A stretch of DNA of 64,000 bases from Candidatus Latescibacterota bacterium. GTDB taxonomy: Bacteria; Latescibacterota; UBA2968; GCA-2709665. The DNA lies in assembly GCA_965203805.1 (NCBI GenBank), contig OZ241917.1:5024001-5088000 (forward strand), written 5' to 3'. The notes under the pieces were generated by a model. That model was not told the DNA's origin. It saw nothing but the letters and a program-made list of their open reading frames with translations, and searched no databases. The position numbers and the translations under genes were made by a program. Shown here in pieces: positions 9,579 to 18,875 of the stretch; positions within the stretch are counted from its first letter, which is position 1; each line of letters starts with the position of its first letter.

Positions 9579-10595
9579 GTGGCAGCGGAATATCGAATTG
9601 CGGTGGTGGGCACGGGGTATATCGGCCTGGAGCATATCAAGGCGATCGCCGCGCATCCGGGCGCGAGGTTGCGCGCGATCTGCGGATCAGAGCGCGGCGC
9701 GGGTCAGTTGCAGGCCATGAAGGCCGAATACGGCGCCGACGTGGTGACGACGGATTACGGAGAGATTGTCTCGGACGAAGCGGTCGACGTGGTCTATCTC
9801 TGTACGCCCAACCGCCTGCACGCCGATGAGGCCGTTGCCGCGCTGGAAGCCGGCAAGCACGTGTTCTGTGAAAAGCCGATGGCGACCACGCTGCAGGATT
9901 GCCGGCGCATGGTTGCCGCGGTAGAGCGTTCGGGCCGGCAGCTGATGGTGGGCCACGGCGCGCGTTTCAGACAACTGCACCGCGCCGTCAAGGACCTGTT
10001 CGATTCGGGCAAGCTGGGCGAGGCCTGTTTCTGCGAGTCGGACTACGTCCATTCGCTGGGGCCGTTTCTCCAGGGTCCGGGTCACCAGTGGTGGCGGCAC
10101 CGGGATGAAGGTCAGTTCGCGGTGATCGGCGGGGCGTGCCATCCGCTGGACCTGATGCGATGGATCGTGGGGGAGATGGAGGAGGTGTCGGCCTATGGCG
10201 TCACGAAGGTCCTGCACGACGTGGACTGGCACGATACAGTAATCGCTTCGCTGAAGTTCAGGAACGGCGCGGTCGGAAAGTGCCTGGTGTCTGTAGGTGC
10301 GCCACGTCCGTATTCGATGACGTTCAATCTGTACGGGACCGAAGGAACGGTGGAGGAGAACCGGCTCTATCTGAAGGAATTCGGAGAGATCGAGGCATTC
10401 GCGGAGATCCCGTTTCCCGTGCTGGGCGAAGTGCACGCCTGCGCCGAGGAGCTGGCGCATTTCCTGAATTGCCTGGATGCGGGCGAAGTGCCGATGATCG
10501 ACGTCCGGGACGGCGCGCGGACGATGGCGGCGTGTTTCGCTGTGGCGGAATCGATGGCAACCGGCCGGCCCGCGAGGGTGGTGACGGAATTCTGA
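9579..10595 (+). CDS. Gfo/Idh/MocA family oxidoreductase
   Basis: Motifs 'IAVVGTGYIG', 'AGKHVFCEKPMA' and 'CHPLD'. Confidence 0.92.
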   Translation: MAAEYRIAVVGTGYIGLEHIKAIAAHPGARLRAICGSERGAGQLQAMKAEYGADVVTTDYGEIVSDEAVDVVYLCTPNRLHADEAVAALEAGKHVFCEKPMATTLQDCRRMVAAVERSGRQLMVGHGARFRQLHRAVKDLFDSGKLGEACFCESDYVHSLGPFLQGPGHQWWRHRDEGQFAVIGGACHPLDLMRWIVGEMEEVSAYGVTKVLHDVDWHDTVIASLKFRNGAVGKCLVSVGAPRPYSMTFNLYGTEGTVEENRLYLKEFGEIEAFAEIPFPVLGEVHACAEELAHFLNCLDAGEVPMIDVRDGARTMAACFAVAESMATGRPARVVTEF

Positions 10596-10619
10596 GAGGG
10601 TCGCGGAGAGGTCTGCGGA

Positions 10620-11468
10620 ATGGGTGACGTACGGCTGGTGGCTTTCGATCTGGATGGGACGCTGCTCGACGACCGGGGGCGGATGTCAGATGCGTCGGCC
10701 GAGGCGCTGCGGCGGCTGGCGCGATCCGGCATCGCGCTGGCGTCGATCAGCGGCAGGAACGTGGGGAAGAGCCTGGCGCCGTTTTCGCCAGGTCTGAGAG
10801 CGGCCCTGCACGTGGGCAGCTACAATGGCGCGATGGTGCTGGGAACCGGCGCGGATGGCGAGCGGCCGCTCCTGCACGAACAGCGATTGCCCCGGGACGG
10901 CCTTCCCGGTCTGCTGGACTTTATCGGCGAGTGCCGGGTAAACTTCATCTATTGCCGGTGCGAGGCGGATGGCGGCGGTCTCAACGAGGCCTATCTGACG
11001 GACGAAGAAACCGGGTGGATCCGCAATCTGGTGCGGATGACCGGGGTGAATATCGTGCTTGAAGCGGACCTGCTGGCCAGGGCGCGCGACTTCGTTCCGC
11101 CGCCAAAGATGATCTTGCTGCCGGGTCCCGCCCGAAGGGAAGCTTTGTTCGAGCGGATGCGGGCGGCGTTCGGACCCCGTTTCTACCTCGCTCGCACGGG
11201 TGACGACCGGATTGAAGTCATGCACCCGGAGGTGAACAAGGCGGTGGCTTTGCAGAAGCTCTGCGAGGCCTGTGATGTCTCACCTTCGCAGGCCCTGGCG
11301 ATTGGCGACGGGGACAACGATCTCCCGATGCTGAGGGAGGCGGGCATTGGCGTGTTGATGGGAAACGCGGACGGACTGACCCGGAAATCAGCGGATGCCG
11401 CGGGCGTGCGGATGGCCGAGTCGCTCGCGGAAAACGGGTTTTCAAAAGCTGTCGCGAGGTACGTTTAG
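10620..11468 (+). CDS. Cof-type HAD IIB hydrolase
   Basis: Motifs 'FDLDGTLL', 'SGR', 'NK' and 'IGDGDNDLPML'. Confidence 0.92.
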   Translation: MGDVRLVAFDLDGTLLDDRGRMSDASAEALRRLARSGIALASISGRNVGKSLAPFSPGLRAALHVGSYNGAMVLGTGADGERPLLHEQRLPRDGLPGLLDFIGECRVNFIYCRCEADGGGLNEAYLTDEETGWIRNLVRMTGVNIVLEADLLARARDFVPPPKMILLPGPARREALFERMRAAFGPRFYLARTGDDRIEVMHPEVNKAVALQKLCEACDVSPSQALAIGDGDNDLPMLREAGIGVLMGNADGLTRKSADAAGVRMAESLAENGFSKAVARYV

Positions 11469-11487
11469 GGGTCCGCACAACCGCGTT

Positions 11488-12255
11488 CTATCCAAGGCGG
11501 CTTCCCGATTCTTCCGCGATCTGCGCCTGAAGGTCCGCGCTGCTGGACAGAATATGCTCCTCCATGGCCTGCTGCGCGGCTTCGGCATCGCCTTTCCGGA
11601 GGGCGTGCAGGATTTTTCCGTGCTCGTCAAGGGACATCCGGGCCCGCTCCTCCACGGTGTGGGTTGCGGGATCCTCAAGGCTGGCCCTGATCCACTGCTG
11701 AAGGTAGTTGCGTATCATGACGAGGAGGTTGCGGAGGATCGAATTCTGGGTGGCACGGGCAATGGCCAGGTGGAACTGAACGTCGAATTCCAGGAATTCA
11801 CCGGGTTGATCGAGAGATGCTTCGATTCCCCGGATCGTCCGGCCGAGTTCCTGGAGATCGGACTGCCTGGCGCGGGTTGCGGCCAGGAATGCGTTCCGCG
11901 TTTCCAGCATGAGCCGGGTTTCGACGAGATCCTTGACTTCCTTCGGGTCCAGCAGCAGTCCCCAGCTCAGAGATTTCTCCAGGTAGCGGCCGGTGTCGTC
12001 GCTGACGAACGTGCCTTCTCCGACACGGCTTTCCAGGATGCCCATCACGGACAGCGTGCGGAGCGCTTCCCTGAGAGAGGTGCGACCGACCTCGAACTGT
12101 TTGCACAGGCTTCGTTCGGGCGGCAGCCGATCGCCCGGTTTCAGCACGTCCCGGGAGATCAGATCGATGATCTGAGCGACGATTTCGTCGCTGAGTGACG
12201 TCCGTTTGACGGGTGTCATCTGCTCGATGGCCGGGTTTCCGCGTTTTCGGTTCAC
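11488..12255 (-). CDS. GntR-family (FadR subfamily, FCD domain) transcriptional regulator
   Basis: wHTH 'LKPGDRLPPERSL...VGRTSLREAL' and FCD 'FDVQFHLAIARATQN...EH..I'. Confidence 0.93.
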   Translation of the reverse strand: MNRKRGNPAIEQMTPVKRTSLSDEIVAQIIDLISRDVLKPGDRLPPERSLCKQFEVGRTSLREALRTLSVMGILESRVGEGTFVSDDTGRYLEKSLSWGLLLDPKEVKDLVETRLMLETRNAFLAATRARQSDLQELGRTIRGIEASLDQPGEFLEFDVQFHLAIARATQNSILRNLLVMIRNYLQQWIRASLEDPATHTVEERARMSLDEHGKILHALRKGDAEAAQQAMEEHILSSSADLQAQIAEESGSRLG

Positions 12256-12305
12256 GCAAGATTTCCCTTTACAACGTACCCCTTTTGGGTTAATCTTATA
12301 TTCAA

Positions 12306-12320
12306 AATTGGTCTGACCAT
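12306..12320. promoter_or_regulatory. FadR/PdhR-type operator
   Basis: AATTGGTCTGACCAT contains the TGGTC-T-GACCA palindrome, between the divergent regulator and the corrinoid cluster. Confidence 0.7.
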
Positions 12321-12388
12321 CATCACATCAGTAAAAGAAAAGCCCGGTTTCCCCGCTGTCAAGAGAAAACTTGCAGGAGGATGGCGCG

Positions 12389-13018
12389 ATGGGCCGAACC
12401 GTCGATATCGGAACGCGCATCGAATTGGTGCCGATGGATCCGCACTTTCATGAGATCACAATTGGTCTTTACCTGCAGGAACACAACGGCGCTCCCGTGT
12501 ATCGTGTGCACACGTACAGCGGGAGATCGGGCGCCGACCAGCGAATCGCGTTCGTCTCCAACGCGATGGCCGTGTTGGGCGGAATGCGGCAGACAACTGA
12601 CGGCCTTCTGCAATTTCCGTGCGGCGATGCGCACCTGCTGGCTTGCCGGCGTGTCTTTCTGGAAGCATGCAAGCTGGCCTCCGGCGGCGAGCTCAAAGCC
12701 CGGCCTCTGACAATCCTCGACAGGAAGTCGAGATTGAAGATAACGGTGTCTAGCTTGGGTGAAGGCGTGTACCGGATTGGCGCCGAAGGTGAGAGCAAGG
12801 ACGGCGCGCGGCGGGTTGCGGCGATTGCGGGCGGGCTGGTGAAGCTCGGAGAAATGCAGTCTCAAGGCCCGGACACGGTCGCTTTCGCGTGCGGTCAGGC
12901 GCATGACGCCGTGGTTGGGCTTCTTCTGGTTCGCGCACCGAACGTCCGGGCAGCGGTTCGTGAACAGGAAATGGCAGGCGCTCGGGGCGTTCTGGCCGCA
13001 CCCAGCGAGCAGCGTTAG
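12389..13018 (+). CDS. Hypothetical protein, first gene of the corrinoid cluster, with a duplicated FxCGxAH motif
   Basis: GGAGGA RBS; internal repeat FPCGDAH / FACGQAH; coding-like composition. Confidence 0.75.
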   Translation: MGRTVDIGTRIELVPMDPHFHEITIGLYLQEHNGAPVYRVHTYSGRSGADQRIAFVSNAMAVLGGMRQTTDGLLQFPCGDAHLLACRRVFLEACKLASGGELKARPLTILDRKSRLKITVSSLGEGVYRIGAEGESKDGARRVAAIAGGLVKLGEMQSQGPDTVAFACGQAHDAVVGLLLVRAPNVRAAVREQEMAGARGVLAAPSEQR

Positions 13019-13044
13019 TCGATAAACAAAAGGAGATTCGGAAT

Positions 13045-14082
13045 ATGGCGACTCAAACAGTGAGCCCGATGACCGGCCGCGAGCGGGTGCTGGCGGCGCT
13101 GAACCGGGAGCCGGTGGACCGGACGCCGGTATGCAATCCCACGTCCGTTGCTACGGTGGAGCTGATGGATCTCGTGGACGCGCCGTTTCCTCACGCGAAC
13201 AGGAACCCGGAACTGATGGCCCGGCTTGCCGCGACCGGGCACACCGAGTTGGGGTTCGATACGATCATGCCCGTGTTCACGATCATCCAGGAGTCGTCCG
13301 CGCTGGGTTGCAAGATCCAATGGGAACAGAAAGACAACTGGCCCACGGTGAGGATGCGCGAACCCATCTGGGAAGACGTGGACGACGTTCACATTCCGCC
13401 CGACTTTCTCACGCACCAGGATACGAAGTGCGTGCTGGATGCGATCCGGATTCTGAAGAAGGAATACGGGGATGACGTGGCGATTATCGGAAAGACGATG
13501 GGCCCATGGTCGCTGGGATATCACTGCTTCGGGGTGGAGCCCTTTCTGCTCATGTCTCTGGACGACCCGGACAAGACGAAGGCGTGCCTGGACAGAATGA
13601 AGGAAGCGACGGTGGAATTCGGGGTGGCGCAGATCGAGGCCGGCGCGGATGCGCTCACGCTTCCGGATCACGCGACGGGCGACCTGGTGAGCGGGGAGTA
13701 CTACAGGCGGTATCTTCGCGACCTTCACATTGAATTCGTGGAGCGGATCCCCATCCCGCTGATCCTGCACATCTGCGGACGGACCGTGGATCGGATGGAC
13801 TTTATCGCGCAGACGGGGATGTCCGCGTTCCATTTCGACTCCAAAAACGAGCCGGAAGAATCCATGGCGGTCGTAAAGGAGCGGATCTCGCTGGTGGGCA
13901 ACATCAACAATCCTGAAACGCTGTTTTCCAAGGGGCCCGAGGCGGTCCGCCAGGAGGTCGTCAGCAACCTGGACGCCGGCGTGCATCTCGTCGGTCCCGA
14001 GTGCGCGATCCCTCTGCAGACGTCAATCGAGAACCTGAAGGAGATCCCCGGGGCCGTCCGCGACTGGCACCGGGAGCAGTAA
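13045..14082 (+). CDS. MtaA/CmuA-family (UROD-fold) Zn-dependent corrinoid methyltransferase
   Basis: N-terminal 'RERVLAAL..EPVDRTPV', 'GPWSL', 'QIEAGAD', and Zn ligands 'LHICG' and 'GPECAIP'. Confidence 0.88.
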   Translation: MATQTVSPMTGRERVLAALNREPVDRTPVCNPTSVATVELMDLVDAPFPHANRNPELMARLAATGHTELGFDTIMPVFTIIQESSALGCKIQWEQKDNWPTVRMREPIWEDVDDVHIPPDFLTHQDTKCVLDAIRILKKEYGDDVAIIGKTMGPWSLGYHCFGVEPFLLMSLDDPDKTKACLDRMKEATVEFGVAQIEAGADALTLPDHATGDLVSGEYYRRYLRDLHIEFVERIPIPLILHICGRTVDRMDFIAQTGMSAFHFDSKNEPEESMAVVKERISLVGNINNPETLFSKGPEAVRQEVVSNLDAGVHLVGPECAIPLQTSIENLKEIPGAVRDWHREQ

Positions 14083-14207
14083 AACCAAAAAGCACGAGAA
14101 AACGAGGGAAACGGAAAAGCGCGACAAATGCACGAGAAGACGAGGTACGGCTGAAATGCATAGACTGAAATTCACGGGGATGGACAGGATAGAGGGGAAG
14201 GAGCGCG

Positions 14208-14978
14208 ATGGCGGAACTCACTGATATCGGTAATGAATTCATCCGTGACGAAATCGAGGAGTTTCTGGAGCGCGAGGACGAGCGGGAGCGGGCGATCGCC
14301 ACGTTTGCCGGCGTCACCCCCGAAATGCAGGCGATCGCCGCGGCACTGATCGACGGCGACCATCACGAGGTGGACGCGCTCACCAAAGGCGCACTGGATG
14401 CGGGTACGGGGGCGTTGGAGGTGATGGACGACGGTCTCATCGCGGGAATGGGCATCGTTGGGATCAAATTCCGGGAGAACTTCATCTTCGTCCCGGAAGT
14501 GCTGGCATGCGCCCGGGCGATGAAGGCCGGGATGGCCTATATCGAACCCATTCTGTCCGCATCGGGCGTCGAGCCGATCGGCACGGTCATTATGGGTACG
14601 GTAAAGGGCGACCTGCACGATATTGGAAAGAATCTCTGCATCATGATGCTTCGCGGCGCGGGGTTTGTGGTCCACGATCTGGGAGTGGACACCTCGGAAG
14701 ACGAATTCCTGGATGCCGTGGAGGAGCACGGCGCGCCGCTGCTGGGGATGTCGGCGCTGTTGACGACGACCATGCCCAATATGGGAAAGACGATCGAGGC
14801 GTTCATCGACGCGGATTTGCGCGAAGACGTCAAGATCATGGTGGGAGGCGCGCCCGTCACGCAGGAATTCGCCGACGATATGGGCGCCGACGGGTACGGT
14901 AAAGACGCCATGGCGTGCGTGTCCCTGGCCAAGGACCTGCTCGACGAGAAGAAGGCCGAGACCAACCTGAATGCGTGA
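14208..14978 (+). CDS. Stand-alone corrinoid (B12-binding) protein
   Basis: Cap domain 'GLIAGM..VG..F....IFVPEVL' plus 'GDLHDIGKNL...MSALL...VGGAP' (DxHxxG). Confidence 0.95.
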   Translation: MAELTDIGNEFIRDEIEEFLEREDERERAIATFAGVTPEMQAIAAALIDGDHHEVDALTKGALDAGTGALEVMDDGLIAGMGIVGIKFRENFIFVPEVLACARAMKAGMAYIEPILSASGVEPIGTVIMGTVKGDLHDIGKNLCIMMLRGAGFVVHDLGVDTSEDEFLDAVEEHGAPLLGMSALLTTTMPNMGKTIEAFIDADLREDVKIMVGGAPVTQEFADDMGADGYGKDAMACVSLAKDLLDEKKAETNLNA

Positions 14979-15262
14979 GCCCGACTGTGCAGAAAATCGA
15001 CAAAGAGGAATATCAGAAGCGGCTGGACAGGATAACCGAACTGTTCGCCGGCATGATCGCCCATGCCGATGAACTTTCAACCGTGCGATGCCCGTACAAG
15101 AACCGTTTCGATGAGTGTACGGCGAGGTTCGGCTGCAGAAACCAGCGAAAGCCCCGCCCGGGCGGGACGCTGCTGATGTGCGGCGGGGACGACAAGCTCG
15201 ACTATCGCGGCGCATGGGAGACGGAAGCGAAACCGGGTGCGTACTTCGGGAGCGAGGAATAG
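14975..15262 (+). CDS. Small Cys-rich hypothetical protein
   Basis: GTG start overlaps the corrinoid gene stop; CPYKNRFDEC-x5-C...C pattern. Confidence 0.7.
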   Translation: MSPTVQKIDKEEYQKRLDRITELFAGMIAHADELSTVRCPYKNRFDECTARFGCRNQRKPRPGGTLLMCGGDDKLDYRGAWETEAKPGAYFGSEE

Positions 15263-15278
15263 AGTACTGGAACGCCGC

Positions 15279-16898
15279 ATGGGTACGATATCTCACGACG
15301 GGAAACGGAAGGAGCTTGCAGCAGGCAGGACGGTCTTCGATTATGCGGATGAACTGGCGGTCCAGGTGCCCACCTCGTGCGGACGCACCGGGCACTGTCA
15401 CGAGTGCGTGGTTGAAATCAGGCGCGGGATGGACGCTTTGCGGCCCCGGAACGAGGTGGAGTCGTTCCTGCGAGAGCATTACCGCCTCGCGTGCCAGGCG
15501 GTGGTCGAAGACGACCGGGCCGATATTGAATTCTCGCCATTGAGACGCAAGCCCCAGATTCTATCCACTACATTGGAAAAGTCGGTCGATCCGGACCCCC
15601 TGGTCACGCGCCGGGGGGACGTCGTATATTATGACGGCGTCGCCGTCGACAGGTATCGGGGCCGCCTTTACGGCATCGCGATCGATCTGGGCACGACAAC
15701 GGTCGTGATGGATCTCGTGGACCTGGAAACGGGAGAGAGCGTCCATGTGAGTTCGTTTGAGAACCCGCAGCGTTTCGGCGGCAGCGACGTGATGCACCGC
15801 ATCTCCTACGACGGGCAGTTTCAGGGCGAGTTGCGGAAGGCGGTCGTCAATGCGATCAATCACGAGATTCTCGAATTGGCAAATCGTCTGGGGTTTGCCC
15901 GCCAGGAGATCTATGAGGTCGTAGTGGCGGGAAACTCCACGATGCGCGACCTCTTCTTCAGGCTGGATGTGCAGAGCATCGGCCAGAGACCGTACAAGTC
16001 CCTGGTGGAGCGCGCCTGTCTGGACGGCGAGCGCGAGACGACCTCCCTGCTGGAGAGTTCCCGGCGCCTCGGCGTGCGCGCCAATCCGAGGGCGAAGGTC
16101 TACGGGATGCCGCTGATCGCGAGCCACGTGGGGGCGGATACCGCGGCCGACCTTGTGGCGATGGACCTGGCGACCCAGGATGGTGTGGTGATGCTGGTGG
16201 ACGTGGGGACGAATACCGAGGTGGTCGTGGGAAGTTCCGGCCGGCTGCTCACCGCCTCCTGTCCGGCCGGGCCCGCGTTCGAGGGCGGACTGATCCGGTA
16301 CGGGATGCCGGGTCATGAAGGCGCCATCGAGTCGATCCGACTGACCGACGACGGCTTCGAATACCAGACAATCGGACGCTGCGAACCGCAGGGAATATGC
16401 GGGTCCGGGCTGATCGATCTGCTCGCGGAACTCCGGCGGCACGGCCGCATGGCGCCCAAGGGCATGTTTGCCGGCAGGTCGTACGAGGTGCCGGTCGTTC
16501 CGGAATACGGAATCTCATTGTCCCGTGAAGACGCCAGCAACCTGGCCCAGGCCAAAGCGGCGAATTTCTGCGGCCAGTTCATCCTGATGCGGCACCTTGG
16601 GATCGGACCGGAAGAAATCGACACGCTCTACCTGGCCGGTGGATTCGCGAATTACGTGAACGTACGGAATGCGATCGAGATCGGGTTTCTGGCGCCGATC
16701 GCCGAAGACCGTGTCGTTAAGATCGGGAATGCCGCGGTCCAGGGCGCGCGCGAGGTGTTGCTTTCGCGCGAGAAACGGGCTTCCGCGGAAGCGCTGGTGA
16801 AGCAGATCGAACACATTGAGCTCGAGACGACGCCGGACTTCTTCGAGGTGTTCGTGGAGGGCTGTCAGTTCAAGCCGATGCCTGCCAGGCTCAATTAA
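15279..16898 (+). CDS. RACo/RamA-like ATP-dependent reductive activase of corrinoid proteins (Fe-S + ASKHA)
   Basis: N-terminal 'CGRTGHCHEC...RLACQ' 2Fe-2S-type motif; ASKHA motifs 'DLGTTT', 'DVGTNTE', 'AGPAFEG', 'GICGSG', 'LAGGF'. Confidence 0.92.
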   Translation: MGTISHDGKRKELAAGRTVFDYADELAVQVPTSCGRTGHCHECVVEIRRGMDALRPRNEVESFLREHYRLACQAVVEDDRADIEFSPLRRKPQILSTTLEKSVDPDPLVTRRGDVVYYDGVAVDRYRGRLYGIAIDLGTTTVVMDLVDLETGESVHVSSFENPQRFGGSDVMHRISYDGQFQGELRKAVVNAINHEILELANRLGFARQEIYEVVVAGNSTMRDLFFRLDVQSIGQRPYKSLVERACLDGERETTSLLESSRRLGVRANPRAKVYGMPLIASHVGADTAADLVAMDLATQDGVVMLVDVGTNTEVVVGSSGRLLTASCPAGPAFEGGLIRYGMPGHEGAIESIRLTDDGFEYQTIGRCEPQGICGSGLIDLLAELRRHGRMAPKGMFAGRSYEVPVVPEYGISLSREDASNLAQAKAANFCGQFILMRHLGIGPEEIDTLYLAGGFANYVNVRNAIEIGFLAPIAEDRVVKIGNAAVQGAREVLLSREKRASAEALVKQIEHIELETTPDFFEVFVEGCQFKPMPARLN

Positions 16899-17007
16899 GA
16901 CGGCGGTTTGTAGTAGAATCGCGTTTCGTGAAATCTTCACCATTGTTCGAACACTTCGTCCTGTCCGTGAGCGTTGGTGTTCGTCGGGCCTGTCTAAACG
17001 TGGTCAT

Positions 17008-17195
17008 TGAGCTTGTCGAAATGCCCGTGTCTCGTTACCCCTTCGAATGGCTCCAGGCGCACCATCGGGCGCCCTTAACAGGTTTTTGCCGACCCTTCGA
17101 CAAGCTCAGGGAGCGGCTCAGGGCACAGTCGGTTCTTGTTTTTTTTCAGACGTTGTCCTTAGCTTGTCGACCGGCTGTTGGCCGGTCGACAAGCC
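17008..17195. repeat. REP cluster (CCCTTCGACAAGCTCAGGG family and inverse copies)
   Basis: TGAGCTTGTCGAA at 17008. TGCCGACCCTTCGACAAGCTCAGGGAGCGGC at 17087 is identical to 59270-59300. GCTTGTCGACCGGC...GCCGGTCGACAAGC hairpin. Confidence 0.75.
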
Positions 17196-17263
17196 GGCCG
17201 AATTCAGCGACGCCATTTCCGCGACGGAAGACTAAAGTCGCAACTTGAATCGAGCACATCCGC

Positions 17264-18865
17264 ATGGCGATAACTTCCAAAAAATCCGATCCGGACGGAC
17301 GGGATGGGGAGCGTCGTTCCCTGCGCCATCTGCTGGAGGAAACGGACGAGTTCGTCGTCTGCGTGGAACTGGTCAATTCCCGCGGGGTGATCACCGAGCG
17401 CCGCGGGCGGCACGTTCTGGATCTCGCGCGGGCGCTTGCCGACCAACCGGGCGTGCACGCGCTGAGCATCACCGACAATCCGGGCGGAAACGCCACCAAC
17501 AGTCCGGACACAATGGGGATCGACCTGCTGGGCCGGGGGCAGGAGGTGATCATCCATATTTCGTGCAAGGACTGGAACCGTAATGCGCTGCTGAGCAGGG
17601 GCTGGGAACTGGCGAGCGAAGGATTCGAAAACGTGCTGGCGTTGTCGGGCGACTATCCCGCGGGCGGATACCGCGGGCAGGCGGACGGCGTGTTCGATAC
17701 CGATTCGGTGGGTCTGCTGAAGATGTTCTCGGACATGAACTCCGGGTTGCGCCTCGAGGGCGGCAGGCGCGATCAGGCATTGAAACCCACACAATTCTTC
17801 CCGGGCGCGGTGGTCAACAACCACAAGAAGTATGAGCGCGAGGTGATGCCGCAGTATTTCAAGCTGGCCAGGAAGGTGGAAAGCGGCGCGGGTTTCATCA
17901 TCAACCAGATCGGTTACGACGCCCGCAAACAGGACGAGTTGTTGAAGTACATGGCCCTTCACGGTCTCCGGACGCCCGTGCTTGCCAACGTCTACGTGCT
18001 CAGCCCCGCGGCGGCCAGGTTTTTTCACGCGGACAACATCCCCGGCGTGATCGTAACCGACGAGTTGCTTGCGCTGACGCAGAGGCATGCCCGTTCGCGC
18101 GACAGGGGCAAGGCCTTCTTCCTCGAATTCGCCGCCAGGCAGTGCGCCATTGCCAGAGGACTGGGATATCGCGGTGTCTATCTGGGTGGACACCTGAAGT
18201 TCGAGGATTACGTGCGAATCCTGGAGATTCTTGGCGAATATGGAGACGAGGACTGGAAGGACTTCGTGGATGGGTTTCTCTTCCAGCAGCCCGGGGAGTT
18301 CTTCTTTTTCGAACCCGATACGGAAACGGGGCTCAGTTCGAACGAGGTCAACCGCAAATACCGGCATTCGAAGCAACCCGACGTCTTGCGGGCCGGCAGA
18401 AGCCGGGTGTCCGCGGGCTACCGATTCAACCGCTTCGTGCACGAACTGGTTTTCGAAAAGGGCAAGCCGGCCTTTCGTCTCGGCAAAAAGATCTTCGAGG
18501 CCGTGGACCGCGCCGGAAGCGGCGTTGGGAGGGCCGCGCATGGCGCGGAGCAGGCGGTGAAGATCCTGGGCTTCGACTGCCGGGACTGCGGAGACTGTTC
18601 GCTGCCGGATATCGCGTTCCTCTGTCCCGAGTCGCAGTGCGTCAAGAACCAGCGAAACGGACCGTGCGGCGGAACGCGCCGGGGCCGGTGTGAAGTGGGA
18701 GAAAAAGAATGCATCTGGTCGCTGGCCTACGAACGGCTGAAGGCATACGGAGAGGAAGAGAAGATGCTGGAGAGGCCTGTGGTCTTCAAGGACGGCGCAC
18801 TGAAGGGCACCAGCGCCTGGGCAAATGCATTTCTGGAGCGGGACCACCGCGCACGGACGAGATGA
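17264..18865 (+). CDS. metF: Methylenetetrahydrofolate reductase with fused Cys-rich C-terminal (MetV-like) domain
   Basis: Motifs 'SITDNPGG', 'HISCKDWN', 'LALSGD' and 'KVESGAGFIINQ'; C-terminal 'CRDCGDC...CP..C.K...NGPCGG....CEV...CIW'. Confidence 0.88.
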   Translation: MAITSKKSDPDGRDGERRSLRHLLEETDEFVVCVELVNSRGVITERRGRHVLDLARALADQPGVHALSITDNPGGNATNSPDTMGIDLLGRGQEVIIHISCKDWNRNALLSRGWELASEGFENVLALSGDYPAGGYRGQADGVFDTDSVGLLKMFSDMNSGLRLEGGRRDQALKPTQFFPGAVVNNHKKYEREVMPQYFKLARKVESGAGFIINQIGYDARKQDELLKYMALHGLRTPVLANVYVLSPAAARFFHADNIPGVIVTDELLALTQRHARSRDRGKAFFLEFAARQCAIARGLGYRGVYLGGHLKFEDYVRILEILGEYGDEDWKDFVDGFLFQQPGEFFFFEPDTETGLSSNEVNRKYRHSKQPDVLRAGRSRVSAGYRFNRFVHELVFEKGKPAFRLGKKIFEAVDRAGSGVGRAAHGAEQAVKILGFDCRDCGDCSLPDIAFLCPESQCVKNQRNGPCGGTRRGRCEVGEKECIWSLAYERLKAYGEEEKMLERPVVFKDGALKGTSAWANAFLERDHRARTR

Positions 18866-18875
18866 GGGGAACACC

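Noticed and set aside
12256-12388. Possible cobalamin or SAM riboswitch before the corrinoid cluster
   Set aside because: The region is short and I see no B12-box or S-box consensus. A FadR-type operator explains it.
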